DNA from: a virus
DNA length: 20,007 bases
Reading direction: 5' to 3' (one strand)
Virus record (IMG/VR): IMGVR_UViG_3300048908_000128
Coordinates: 1-20,007 of that record
The stretch's first letter is position 1; each line of letters opens with the position of its first letter. Positions 5,514 through 13,713 of this stretch are shown here, piece after piece. The notes beneath the pieces are model-generated. The model had not been told where the DNA came from, did no database searches, and saw only the letters and a program-made list of their open reading frames with translations. Made by a program: the position numbers and the translations under genes.

Positions 5514-6314
5514 TTACCGATTCACGACGAGATCGACGAGCACGGCGAGATCGATTCCGCTGATCGCGACGAGCAGCGACACGCCCGCCAGCAGCCAGCG
5601 CGATAGGTCACGGGTCGGCGGGGTCGGCGGGCCCGGCTCGAGCGCGTCGACGTCGTCGCGGATTGCGTGCGATAGCGCGTTCGTCGACGCCATGAAACCG
5701 TCTGCAGAAAACCGGATCTGATTGCCGGCGTCATCCCGCTCGAGGGTGCCGTCGGCATTCTGCGCGGCGATCGGCTGCGCCCAGACAGCATGCCGGAAAA
5801 ACGGCCAGTCGTCATGCCCGGGCGGCGGCGACGTCGTATCCCGGTAGAACTCAAAAATTGAATCTTTGATGAACTGTCGATCATTGCCCGAGAGTGGCAC
5901 GTCATCCTCCAAAACATAGAGCGTAAAGTCGACGGTCGGCGTTACCCATGCGGGCCCGATCCATAATGTCGTGTGAACATGGGCGCCGGTTCCCCAATCG
6001 TTACCATTCGCCGACGCGCCCGATGCGGCGATTCCCTGCCCTTGACTGATTCGCTGCCCGACGCTTACCCACACGCTCGCCAAATGCAGATACCGGACCG
6101 TATTGCCGTCGTCGAGTGCGAGTGTCAGATATCGACCGGTCGCCGCGCCATTCGTTGTTTTCAGGTCGACGACGACGCCGGCGGCCGCGGCGAGGATCGT
6201 CGTGCCGTATCCGCATGCATAATCTGTGCCCGGCTCGGACGACGGCGGTTTACGATCCTTATGATCCTGCCATGACGACGAGATCGGCGCGTCGACGGGT
6301 GCAATATAGGGCAC
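5514..6314 (-). CDS. Endolysin, M23 (LytM-type) metallopeptidase with a C-terminal transmembrane helix
   Basis: GTDYACGYGTTILAAAAGVVV, VRYLHLAS and GAHVHTTLW match the HxxxD / HxH M23 signature region. The C-terminus LLAGVSLLVAISGIDLAVLVDLVV is hydrophobic. GTG start with AAGGGGTGAG upstream. Confidence 0.8.
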   Translation of the reverse strand: MPYIAPVDAPISSSWQDHKDRKPPSSEPGTDYACGYGTTILAAAAGVVVDLKTTNGAATGRYLTLALDDGNTVRYLHLASVWVSVGQRISQGQGIAASGASANGNDWGTGAHVHTTLWIGPAWVTPTVDFTLYVLEDDVPLSGNDRQFIKDSIFEFYRDTTSPPPGHDDWPFFRHAVWAQPIAAQNADGTLERDDAGNQIRFSADGFMASTNALSHAIRDDVDALEPGPPTPPTRDLSRWLLAGVSLLVAISGIDLAVLVDLVVNR

Positions 6315-6327
6315 GTGATCTCACCCC

Positions 6328-6582
6328 TTACGGCATCGGCTGCACAGCGGCCAGAATCATTTCATCCGTAATGACCGACGGGTCATTGCCGGGCGACGGG
6401 TTCCCGGCAGCGACGGCCGATTCCCACGCCGGCGCCCAACCGGGGCTAGACGCGAGATCCCATCTGTGATCGGATACCCACGATTCATACGGCTTAGTTT
6501 TCGTTTCCTCGGCCGCGGCCGCCACGCATCGGTTAAACAGCGCCGAGTCGTATGCGATTTCTGCAATCGTGCTGTAAGACAT
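6328..6582 (-). CDS. Hypothetical 84-aa protein (the internal ATG is chosen over the longest ORF)
   Basis: The ATG at 6582 is preceded by AAGAGGAGAG. The longer ORF would overlap the upstream gene. Confidence 0.65.
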   Translation of the reverse strand: MSYSTIAEIAYDSALFNRCVAAAAEETKTKPYESWVSDHRWDLASSPGWAPAWESAVAAGNPSPGNDPSVITDEMILAAVQPMP

Positions 6583-6605
6583 TCGTTCTCTCCTCTTTTC
6601 GTGTT

Positions 6606-7376
6606 TCAGCTCGCGACGAGCCCGGGCCCGAGATATTGCACTGAGAATTCGCCGCTCGCGCGGCCGCCCGCCGGATTCGCGCCGAATGCAAACGGGTTTG
6701 GGCCGGCGGCGTACAGCCAACGCAGCGTTTGCCCGGCGCCGAGCGGCACGTCGCTCGCCATAACGGGCCCGACCGATCCGTATGACGCATCGGTCTGATA
6801 CTTGCCGAGTGCGAGCGGCGTCGACGTGCCCTCATCGGCGACCAGGTATGCGATCGCCGCATTCGATTGTGCCGTCGTGCCGCCCTGCAGATTCATGAAT
6901 ATGCGATAACGCCCGGCACGGCCGACCGTGACGCGACCCGTCGACGAATTAAACGAGAGATCGGTCGTATTCCGCCAGCCATAGGTGCTCGGGACCGGCG
7001 TCCAAAGGGTATAGGTCGCGCCGGGTGCGAGCGATTGGACGCCGTTACTTATCATATCGATTCGCGGCAGGTTGCCGGCGACCGGATACCAACCGGCCGC
7101 ACCGTATTCGAGCCCGGGCACGGTCAGCCCGGCCGTGCCGGCGGCCGCGTAATAGGACTCAAACCAGCCAAATTGTGTATTCCACCACTGAATACGCTTA
7201 TTGGCGAGTGCCGCCTGTGATGCGGCGTCTGCAGGCACGCCGTGTTTCGCGTCACGGTTCGCCGATGTGCCGATAAATTCGATCGCGAGGGCGAGATTCT
7301 TAATCGCATCGGCGCCGGCCGCTACCGGTTCTGTTGGCAGCGGGTAGGGCAATCCGCCCGGGGTTGTGCTAGGCAC
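6606..7376 (-). CDS. Minor tail protein / putative receptor-binding (fibre-like) protein, 256 aa
   Basis: The N-terminus GGLPYPLPTEPVAAGADAIKNLALAIE is the motif common at the N-termini of actinophage minor tail proteins. It lies downstream of the tape measure and has GGAGGG upstream of the GTG. Confidence 0.65.
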   Translation of the reverse strand: MPSTTPGGLPYPLPTEPVAAGADAIKNLALAIEFIGTSANRDAKHGVPADAASQAALANKRIQWWNTQFGWFESYYAAAGTAGLTVPGLEYGAAGWYPVAGNLPRIDMISNGVQSLAPGATYTLWTPVPSTYGWRNTTDLSFNSSTGRVTVGRAGRYRIFMNLQGGTTAQSNAAIAYLVADEGTSTPLALGKYQTDASYGSVGPVMASDVPLGAGQTLRWLYAAGPNPFAFGANPAGGRASGEFSVQYLGPGLVAS

Positions 7377-7382
7377 TGTTTT

Positions 7383-9311
7383 CTATCCCTCCGTTGTAAC
7401 GCCGATGAGATCGGACCAGCTCACGTCCGAATCAAATTCGTTCCATGACCATGTGTTATCCAGATCGACCCACGGGACCGACCCGCCGAGCCCGAGCCCG
7501 GGTGACAGGGTGAGGGCGAGCGACCATGCGCCGGCGTTTGCGCCGTCGGTCACGGCGTGCCGGTATTCGTAATGCCCGCCCTCTATGTAGCCGACGAGCC
7601 CCGGCGGCAGGGGTGCCCAATTGGGGATATTGTCGATTCGCAGCGGGTGCCCGATCCGCACCGTGCCGTCGAGCAGATCCAGTGTCGTTTTCGTTTCGCC
7701 GGCGTCGACGACCGCCTCGAAACCCTGATCCCATTCGACGCCCGACAGTCGCCATGCACTATCGCCGACCCGGGCCAGCAGCCGGGCCGCGACGTCGGCC
7801 GCGTCAGATTCGGCCTGTAGCTGCGTCGACAACGAAATCCCGCGGGTGCCGTACTCGGCCTCGAGCTGCGCGTCGACGACGAGATAATGCCGCTCAGTCG
7901 GGGCCGGTTTGCCCTGATCGTCGACGGTCTGCTCGAGCCATGTGACGTCGGCACGGGTGCCGATATCGGCGACCGATTGCACCCATCGCAGCGGGGATAG
8001 CAGCACGTTCGCCGCGTCGAGCACGATCGCGTCGGCCGCGGTTGACGCCGGGATCACCTGCACGAGCCCCGTGTCGGGATCTTGATACAGCACGAATAGC
8101 GCCGAGCGGTTGTCGGGATCTTCGAGCCAGTAATAGGGCCCGTGGGTCGCGTGCACGGCCGGCCATGCGACGGCGGCCGCCGATGCGGCCAGCTCGGCGA
8201 CGAGCCCGGCCGCCGGCTGCGCGTCGACGTCGCGATAGGTAACCGGGATCGTGGCGATCGTCGGGTCGATAATCGCGGTGACGTCGCCGCCGGCGAGGGT
8301 CAGTATCCGGTTCACCCGGTCGGCGAGCGGTTCCACCTGCCAGGGCTGATCGCCGATGCGATCGTTCTGCAGGTCGGCCGGGAATCCGCGGGCGGTCACG
8401 TCGGCGACGAGCGTGCCGCCCTCGAGCCCGACGTCGTAATGCGCCTCGAGATCGGTGATCCGGCCGGCGAATGCGACGACCGTGCGCACGATCTCGCCCG
8501 ATGGGGCGGTTACGGCCACGTCGTCGACGTTGCCGCCCCGATAGTCGGCCCACGTGCCCGGGGTGCCCGCCCACGTGCCCGGGATCTGCTGCCATGCCGG
8601 CGCGGTGATCGCGACCCGCACCCCGACCCACCGATCCGACGTCGACGGGAACAATTGCCATGACACCGTCTGCCAGCCGCCCGTGCCGACGATGTGCTGC
8701 ACGGGCCCGTCAACCGACGACGCACCCGCCGGCGAGAAGAATGCGAGGGCCTGCAGCGTGCACACGGCCGACAACGGCGCCCACACGGCGACCGTGATTG
8801 GCCACGGCAGCCCGAGATCGGCGTCGGTATGGGGTATGTGATCCCACGCGGCCGGATTTTGCGTGTCGATCGCGGCCGGCGCGACGACGACGGCACCCTC
8901 GGCCGCGGTGTCGGTAATCGACAGGGCGAGAGACTGCGCGCCGGTCGACGCCCGCGCGGCCGTGACGGTCGCGGCCGCGTTCTGCGCGATCACGTTCGCC
9001 GGTTTCGAGCCGACCGCGGTCGCCTCGAAACCCCCGTCTGTGATCGTCGGCAGGCTCGGGTCGATATGTTCCATGCCGGCGGCCCGGATCTCGAGCGCCC
9101 GGCCGGCGGCGAGCTGCGCGATCAGGTCATGCCCGCCCCGCTGCGCGATCTGCAGCGACGCACTATCGGCGTCGGGCTGATCGACAACCGTCTGCCGCCC
9201 CCAGTCGATCCCGAGTCCCATCATGACGACCAGATCGCCGGCGTGAAAGCTCGTCGAGCTATCGGCGACGGGCACCCCGTCGACGAGCACCGTGACCGCG
9301 GCCGCACTCAC
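7383..9311 (-). CDS. Minor tail protein (Dit/Tal-position protein), 642 aa
   Basis: It lies immediately downstream of the tape measure, with a GTGA overlap. Large beta-rich protein. It contains the in-frame repeat PGTWAGT/PGTWADY. Confidence 0.65.
   Translation of the reverse strand: MSAAAVTVLVDGVPVADSSTSFHAGDLVVMMGLGIDWGRQTVVDQPDADSASLQIAQRGGHDLIAQLAAGRALEIRAAGMEHIDPSLPTITDGGFEATAVGSKPANVIAQNAAATVTAARASTGAQSLALSITDTAAEGAVVVAPAAIDTQNPAAWDHIPHTDADLGLPWPITVAVWAPLSAVCTLQALAFFSPAGASSVDGPVQHIVGTGGWQTVSWQLFPSTSDRWVGVRVAITAPAWQQIPGTWAGTPGTWADYRGGNVDDVAVTAPSGEIVRTVVAFAGRITDLEAHYDVGLEGGTLVADVTARGFPADLQNDRIGDQPWQVEPLADRVNRILTLAGGDVTAIIDPTIATIPVTYRDVDAQPAAGLVAELAASAAAVAWPAVHATHGPYYWLEDPDNRSALFVLYQDPDTGLVQVIPASTAADAIVLDAANVLLSPLRWVQSVADIGTRADVTWLEQTVDDQGKPAPTERHYLVVDAQLEAEYGTRGISLSTQLQAESDAADVAARLLARVGDSAWRLSGVEWDQGFEAVVDAGETKTTLDLLDGTVRIGHPLRIDNIPNWAPLPPGLVGYIEGGHYEYRHAVTDGANAGAWSLALTLSPGLGLGGSVPWVDLDNTWSWNEFDSDVSWSDLIGVTTEG
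8548..8583 (-). repeat. 15-bp exact direct repeat GCCCACGTGCCCGGG at 8548-8562 and 8569-8583 (21-nt period, in frame)
   Basis: Read directly. It encodes the 7-aa repeat PGTWAGT/PGTWADY in the minor tail protein. Confidence 0.8.
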
Positions 9312-11431
9312 GGGTAGCTCACCTGCCCGCCGAGAATCACGCCACGCTCACGCCGGGCGAGCCCCTGCAGCTCGGCCCGGATCGCGCGGGCGATCGCGTC
9401 GCCGCCCCCGAATGGCGCCTGCACCGTGATCTGAATAGGTGACGGCGCGGCGATCCTCGGCGCGGCCGCGCTGCGATACCCGGCGGCCGCATAGACGGCC
9501 GGCGACAGGGTGCCGGCGGCGAATGTCGACGACGTCGACGACACGGCGAACGTCGATTTTCCGCCCCCGGTCAGATCCGATAGCCATTTCGGCGGTTGCG
9601 GCCACTGAATTTTCGACAACCATTTGACGACGCCGGCGATCGCGTCGGCGATCGCGTTAAAGATAGGGGCGAGCATGCCGAGCGCCCCCGAAATCAATTT
9701 CGACGTGATCGTGAGCAGCCCGCCGAGCAGCGGGCCGGCGAGCTGCAGCAGCGGGGCGATCAGATTAAGAATCGGGCCGAGCAGCGCGGCGATAAGCGCG
9801 ATCAATTGTGCAATGGGCGGCAGAATGGGAATAACAGCCTTAATGATCTGCACAAATGCCGGGATTAGTGGCGTAATTGCCGTGACCAATAGATTTACGA
9901 TAATCTTCGCCAATTGCACGACAATGGGCAATAGTGGCTGAATGGCGCCAATGACCAATAGCACCACTGTCGCGAGGGGCGGCAGCAATTGGGTAATGAG
10001 ATCGGTAATTACGGGCAATAGCGGCATAAATGCGTCGACCAATTGCGTGACAATGGGCACGAGCATTGTTATTACGGTCGCGACGATCGGCAGCACGGCC
10101 TGCGCGAGCTGCGCGATCAGCGGCACGAGCGCCTGCAGCACTGTCGAGAGGGCGCCGGCGAAAACGGCGATCAGCGGGGCGGCCGCTTCGACGACGCTCG
10201 ACAGGGCGGTCGTGATCGCGCCGAGCGCGGTCGACAGCACGGGCAGCAGCGGGGCGAGCGCTTTCAGCGCCTGTTGCATGACGCCGCCGAAAACAGCCTG
10301 CAGCTCGGGCGACGTCGCGACGAGCCCGGCGATCGCGGCGATCACGATGCCGATCGGCCCGGACAGCCCGCCCAGCAGCTCGCCGATCAGCGGGATACCT
10401 TTAAGCGCGCCTGTCGACATGGCAGCGAACGCGCCGGTGATCGTCGCGAGGGCCGGCGCGAGATTGGAGATCCCCGCGGTGAGCTGATCGACGTTCACCC
10501 CTTTGAGCTTGCCGAGCACGGCGTCGAGAATGCCGCCGATCCCGCCGAGCCCGCCGGCGAACGCGCCCGTAAATTTCGACACGAGCCCGGATATCAACGG
10601 CTCGAGGGTGCGCAGGATATCGGCGATCTGATTCGCCCACGTGACAGCCATGCCCCCGCCGGATTTCGACACAAATGGCTCGGCGAGGGCCGACCCGATA
10701 TCCCGCATCGCCCCTTTGATCCGGTCGGTCGCGCCGGCCCATGTCTGTTTGACGTTGTCGGCGGCGTGCGCGAATCGTGTTTCCATGCCGGCGGCCAGCG
10801 CGTCGAGCGCCGTGCCGGCATCCAGCGATCCCTTACTGATCGCATCTTTGATCTGCGCGCCGGTCATGCCCATCTGCGAGCCGATCAGCGACGCCGCATC
10901 GATCCCGCGCTGCGCGAATTGCATGAGATCCTGACCGGTGATTTTCCCGGCCGCCGAGATCTGCGACATGATGAGCGAAATCTCTTTGATCTGCTGCGCC
11001 GACCCGCCGGTCGCCGCGACGGCATCCTGAATCGCGCCGAGATACGGGATCACTTTGCTCGACGCGATCCCGAATCCGAGCATCTGCTGCGTCGCTTCGA
11101 TAAACGCCTGTTTCGGAAACGGCGATTTCTTGCTAAACGCGGTGATCTGATCCATCATTGCCGCGGCCGCATCCGCCGACCCGAGAATCGTTTTAAACGC
11201 GGCCGTGGCGGTCTGATTCAATTGGTTGTATGCGACGCCTGATTTAAACACGCTCGCGACGAATATGCCGCCGGCGGTCGCGGCCGCGGTCCATTTCGTT
11301 GCGATCCCGGTCATGACGGCGTTCGCGCCGGCGCCGAATTTGCCGAGCGCGCTATCGGACGACCCTAGTGCTTTCGCGAGATCCGAATTATTCCCGAGAA
11401 TGTTGACGACGAGATTCGCCGGCCTGCCCAT
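9308..11431 (-). CDS. Tape measure protein, 707 aa
   Basis: Long Ala/Gly/Leu/Ile-rich helical protein with repetitive hydrophobic PL(L/I)P segments, placed directly after the chaperone frameshift pair. Confidence 0.9.
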   Translation of the reverse strand: MGRPANLVVNILGNNSDLAKALGSSDSALGKFGAGANAVMTGIATKWTAAATAGGIFVASVFKSGVAYNQLNQTATAAFKTILGSADAAAAMMDQITAFSKKSPFPKQAFIEATQQMLGFGIASSKVIPYLGAIQDAVAATGGSAQQIKEISLIMSQISAAGKITGQDLMQFAQRGIDAASLIGSQMGMTGAQIKDAISKGSLDAGTALDALAAGMETRFAHAADNVKQTWAGATDRIKGAMRDIGSALAEPFVSKSGGGMAVTWANQIADILRTLEPLISGLVSKFTGAFAGGLGGIGGILDAVLGKLKGVNVDQLTAGISNLAPALATITGAFAAMSTGALKGIPLIGELLGGLSGPIGIVIAAIAGLVATSPELQAVFGGVMQQALKALAPLLPVLSTALGAITTALSSVVEAAAPLIAVFAGALSTVLQALVPLIAQLAQAVLPIVATVITMLVPIVTQLVDAFMPLLPVITDLITQLLPPLATVVLLVIGAIQPLLPIVVQLAKIIVNLLVTAITPLIPAFVQIIKAVIPILPPIAQLIALIAALLGPILNLIAPLLQLAGPLLGGLLTITSKLISGALGMLAPIFNAIADAIAGVVKWLSKIQWPQPPKWLSDLTGGGKSTFAVSSTSSTFAAGTLSPAVYAAAGYRSAAAPRIAAPSPIQITVQAPFGGGDAIARAIRAELQGLARRERGVILGGQVSYP

Positions 11432-11435
11432 ATGG

Positions 11436-12058
11436 TCACCCCCCCTCGGCTGTATGTGTGCGATCGATCGCCGTCATCATTGCCTGCAGCCGATCCAGCG
11501 GCAGGTTTTCGATCACGTCGACGGTTACGTGATAGGCGAGCCCGATAACGGCGAGATCGGCGAGCCGGTCGCGGTGTGCGTCGGCGAGGGCCCGCCGGCG
11601 CCAATCACTTTTGGGCGGCGTCGGGCCAGCTCGAGCACGAGCGTCGCGAGATCGTCGAATGGGATCGCGAATGCCTGATCGATCGACAACGGGTGATCGC
11701 CGTGCAGCCGGGACGCCCAGACCATAAACACGAGCTGGCCGGCCTGCGTGCGGGTCAGCTCGTCGAGGGTGATGCCGGCGGACAGCTCGAATTGCATGAT
11801 CTGCCGGCTCGTCAGCGCTGCGCGCAGCTCGTCGGCCAGCGTGTCGACGTCGACCGGGTCGACGACGTCGTCGCCCGGCTCGTCGGGGGTGACAGCGTCA
11901 CGTGACGGGACGCTGTCACGGGACGCTGTCACGTTCTCGGGTGCCGTCACGGGCCATGTCACGTCGTCGAGCCCGGGCAGCGGGTCGCCGTAGCCGGCCG
12001 GCTCGTCGACGACGTCGTCGTCGGGCCCGGTCACGTCAGGGGTGATGAATGTGTTCAT
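11436..12058 (-). CDS. Tail assembly chaperone -1 frameshift product (GT-like), about 207 aa. The frame shifts at 11609-11615.
   Basis: After the slip the -1 frame reads SDWRRRALADAHRDRLADLAVIGLAYHVTVDVIENLPLDRLQAMMTAIDRTHTAEGG and stops at TGA 11436-11438, 4 nt before the tape-measure ATG. Confidence 0.65.
11525..12058 (-). CDS. Tail assembly chaperone (G-like, zero-frame product), 177 aa, with an acidic low-complexity N-terminal half
   Basis: Located between the tail genes and the tape measure. The ATG at 12058 forms an ATGA overlap. It contains the slippery heptamer CCCAAAA. Confidence 0.7.
   Translation of the reverse strand: MNTFITPDVTGPDDDVVDEPAGYGDPLPGLDDVTWPVTAPENVTASRDSVPSRDAVTPDEPGDDVVDPVDVDTLADELRAALTSRQIMQFELSAGITLDELTRTQAGQLVFMVWASRLHGDHPLSIDQAFAIPFDDLATLVLELARRRPKVIGAGGPSPTHTATGSPISPLSGSPIT
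11609..11615 (-). promoter_or_regulatory. Programmed -1 ribosomal frameshift slippery heptamer C_CCA_AAA
   Basis: The minus strand reads cgC CCA AAA Gtg in the chaperone zero frame, a perfect X_XXY_YYZ pattern. Confidence 0.65.
11889..11965. repeat. Nucleotide-level repeat cluster inside the chaperone gene. It comprises the inverted copy GTGACAGCGTC (11889-11899), the palindrome CGTCACGTGACG (11896-11907), an exact 13-nt tandem repeat GGGACGCTGTCAC x2 (11907-11932) and further GTCAC pentamers.
   Basis: Read directly. The 13-nt period is not a multiple of 3, so the two copies are translated in different frames (VTASRDSVPSRDAVT). Confidence 0.8.
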
Positions 12059-12489
12059 TTCGTTGCCGGCGTCGCCGCCCCAATCCGATCGATGATTTTC
12101 TGCAGGTCGTCGACGTAGAACTCGAGCCATATCTGCTCGGATCGCTGCGCGGCGTCGACGATGAAAAACGACCCGCGAAACGACCCGCCCCGCCACCCTT
12201 TGCGGGGATTGGGGCGGCCCGGCCAGCCGTAATGGTTATTGCCGGCGTAGGGCACGGCCGCGCTGCCGGCCCGCACGACCGCCCGACCTACCTGCCGCGT
12301 GCCGCGCACGGTGCCCTGCAGGTTCCCCGTGTCGCCGACCGGGGCGAGCCCCCGGGCGACGTCGGCGACGAATGCCGACACGCGCGCGTTTGCCGTTCTC
12401 AGGTCGGCCGTGTCGAGCTGCGCGGCTGAGAGTGCTGATCTCAGCTCGCGCAGCCCGACCACGTAGTAGCCGGCGTTCTGTGTCGACAT
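12055..12489 (-). CDS. HK97 gp10-family head-tail/neck protein, 144 aa
   Basis: ARGLAPVGDTGNLQGTVRGT...VRAGSAAVPYAGNNHYGWP fits the gp10-family pattern (P..TG.L..S...YA...E/H.G). Confidence 0.65.
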   Translation of the reverse strand: MSTQNAGYYVVGLRELRSALSAAQLDTADLRTANARVSAFVADVARGLAPVGDTGNLQGTVRGTRQVGRAVVRAGSAAVPYAGNNHYGWPGRPNPRKGWRGGSFRGSFFIVDAAQRSEQIWLEFYVDDLQKIIDRIGAATPATK

Positions 12490-12508
12490 GGTCGCGCGCG
12501 GCCCGGGG

Positions 12509-13000
12509 TTATTCGCCAGTCGCCCCGGATTTGCTCGGCGCGGCGGCCGCGGCCAGCGGTGCCGCCCCCCAGGTGCCGAAATCCGGTTCGGATGCGCCGG
12601 CCGGGCCGCGCACGCTCCAGTCGAAATCGCGCGTGATCCGCACTTTGACGTCGCCGCCGAGCCCGAGAAACTTGACGTAGACTTCGCCGGTGATCGTCGG
12701 CGCGGTCGTGTTGTCGTTCGGGGTGAACGTGAATTCCTGCCACGTGCCCCGGTTCGTATAGGACCATTCCTGCAGCGACGGGGATGCGTCGAAATCCTGA
12801 ATCGCGGTGCCGGTCATGTGCCACGGGCCCGGGGTCGTTTCGCCGCCGATCGTGTCACCTGACAGCACGTAGGCCTGATCCTCGGAATCGCCGTCCTGTT
12901 GCTCGACGATCAGGTTTGTCGTCTGCGCCTCGGCCGACGTCGGCGTCAGCGTCGGGCCAAACGTCAGCGTGCCCCTCAGCAGTCTCGAATCGTTAACCAT
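12509..13000 (-). CDS. Putative major tail protein, 163 aa
   Basis: Assigned by position upstream of the chaperone and tape measure. Beta-rich sequence, strong SD (GAGAGGGG) and a disordered Ala-rich C-terminus. No specific motif was recognised. Confidence 0.5.
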   Translation of the reverse strand: MVNDSRLLRGTLTFGPTLTPTSAEAQTTNLIVEQQDGDSEDQAYVLSGDTIGGETTPGPWHMTGTAIQDFDASPSLQEWSYTNRGTWQEFTFTPNDNTTAPTITGEVYVKFLGLGGDVKVRITRDFDWSVRGPAGASEPDFGTWGAAPLAAAAAPSKSGATGE

Positions 13001-13014
13001 TGTTTCCGCCCCTC

Positions 13015-13371
13015 TCAGACGGTCGTAAGTGTGTACGTGATCGCGGGCAGCGTTTGATCGCCGCCCGCCTCGGGAATGAACGACGACGGTTCGTATCGGG
13101 TCACGGCAGCGATCTCGTCAAGGGCTGCCGTGATCTCTTCGATCAGCTCGTCGGCGGCGATCGCGACCGACTCGGGGGTGCCGGCCGGCAGCACGACATG
13201 CACGAGCCACGTCGCCTGATCGCCCTGATAGGTCGACGGTTCGGAATATGACCATTCCGGCCACCCCATGCCCCGCGCGATCGTGCGGGGCGGGTAGGGG
13301 GTGCCGGTCACGCCGGCGACACTCGAGAGTGCGGCCGCGATCTCGACGCGGGTATCTGTGAGCCGGGTCAC
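13015..13371 (-). CDS. Head-tail connector component (tail-terminator / DUF3168-like), 118 aa
   Basis: The GTG at 13371 forms a GTGA overlap with the upstream stop. Size and position are typical of this role. Confidence 0.45.
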   Translation of the reverse strand: MTRLTDTRVEIAAALSSVAGVTGTPYPPRTIARGMGWPEWSYSEPSTYQGDQATWLVHVVLPAGTPESVAIAADELIEEITAALDEIAAVTRYEPSSFIPEAGGDQTLPAITYTLTTV

Positions 13372-13712
13372 CCGAGCACCATGATCCGGTAGGGCCGTTC
13401 GTATCGTTCGATCTCGGCGTCCCATCGCGGCAGCGTCGCGCTGCCGAAATCGTTACCGACGACGACGCCGAGCGGGGCGCCGGTCGCGGCGGCCGCACGG
13501 CCGACGCGCCGGTAGATCGCGAATGTGAGATCGGCCGCCCACGGGTCGACCCGGCACGCCTGCGCCTGCGCGGTCAGCTCGGCCTGCAGCAGCAGCTCGA
13601 GCTGATCGTCGTCGACGCTCGACGCCGGGAGCTGCAGCCATGCCCGAACCATGCCGGCATCCGGCGGTGCGTCGACGCCGGCGACCGCCGGGTCGACCGT
13701 GGGGTCGGTCAT
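13368..13712 (-). CDS. Head-tail adaptor (gp6-like connector), 114 aa
   Basis: It lies immediately after the capsid gene. VRAWLQLPASSVDDDQLELLLQAELTAQAQ fits the gp6-like adaptor pattern. Confidence 0.65.
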   Translation of the reverse strand: MTDPTVDPAVAGVDAPPDAGMVRAWLQLPASSVDDDQLELLLQAELTAQAQACRVDPWAADLTFAIYRRVGRAAAATGAPLGVVVGNDFGSATLPRWDAEIERYERPYRIMVLG

Positions 13713-13713
13713 C

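Noticed and set aside
8548-8583. CACGTG-containing 15-bp direct repeat considered as another member of the palindrome family
   Set aside because: The 21-nt in-frame period encodes a clean peptide repeat (PGTWAGT/PGTWADY), and the flanks differ from the GTCAC/GTGAC family.
7894-8661. Alternative-frame minus-strand ORFs inside the tail, terminase and other genes, for example 7894..8661, 1472..2185, 13718..14308 and 15390..15959
   Set aside because: These are extreme Arg-rich translations. They are frame-shifted shadows of the genuine genes.
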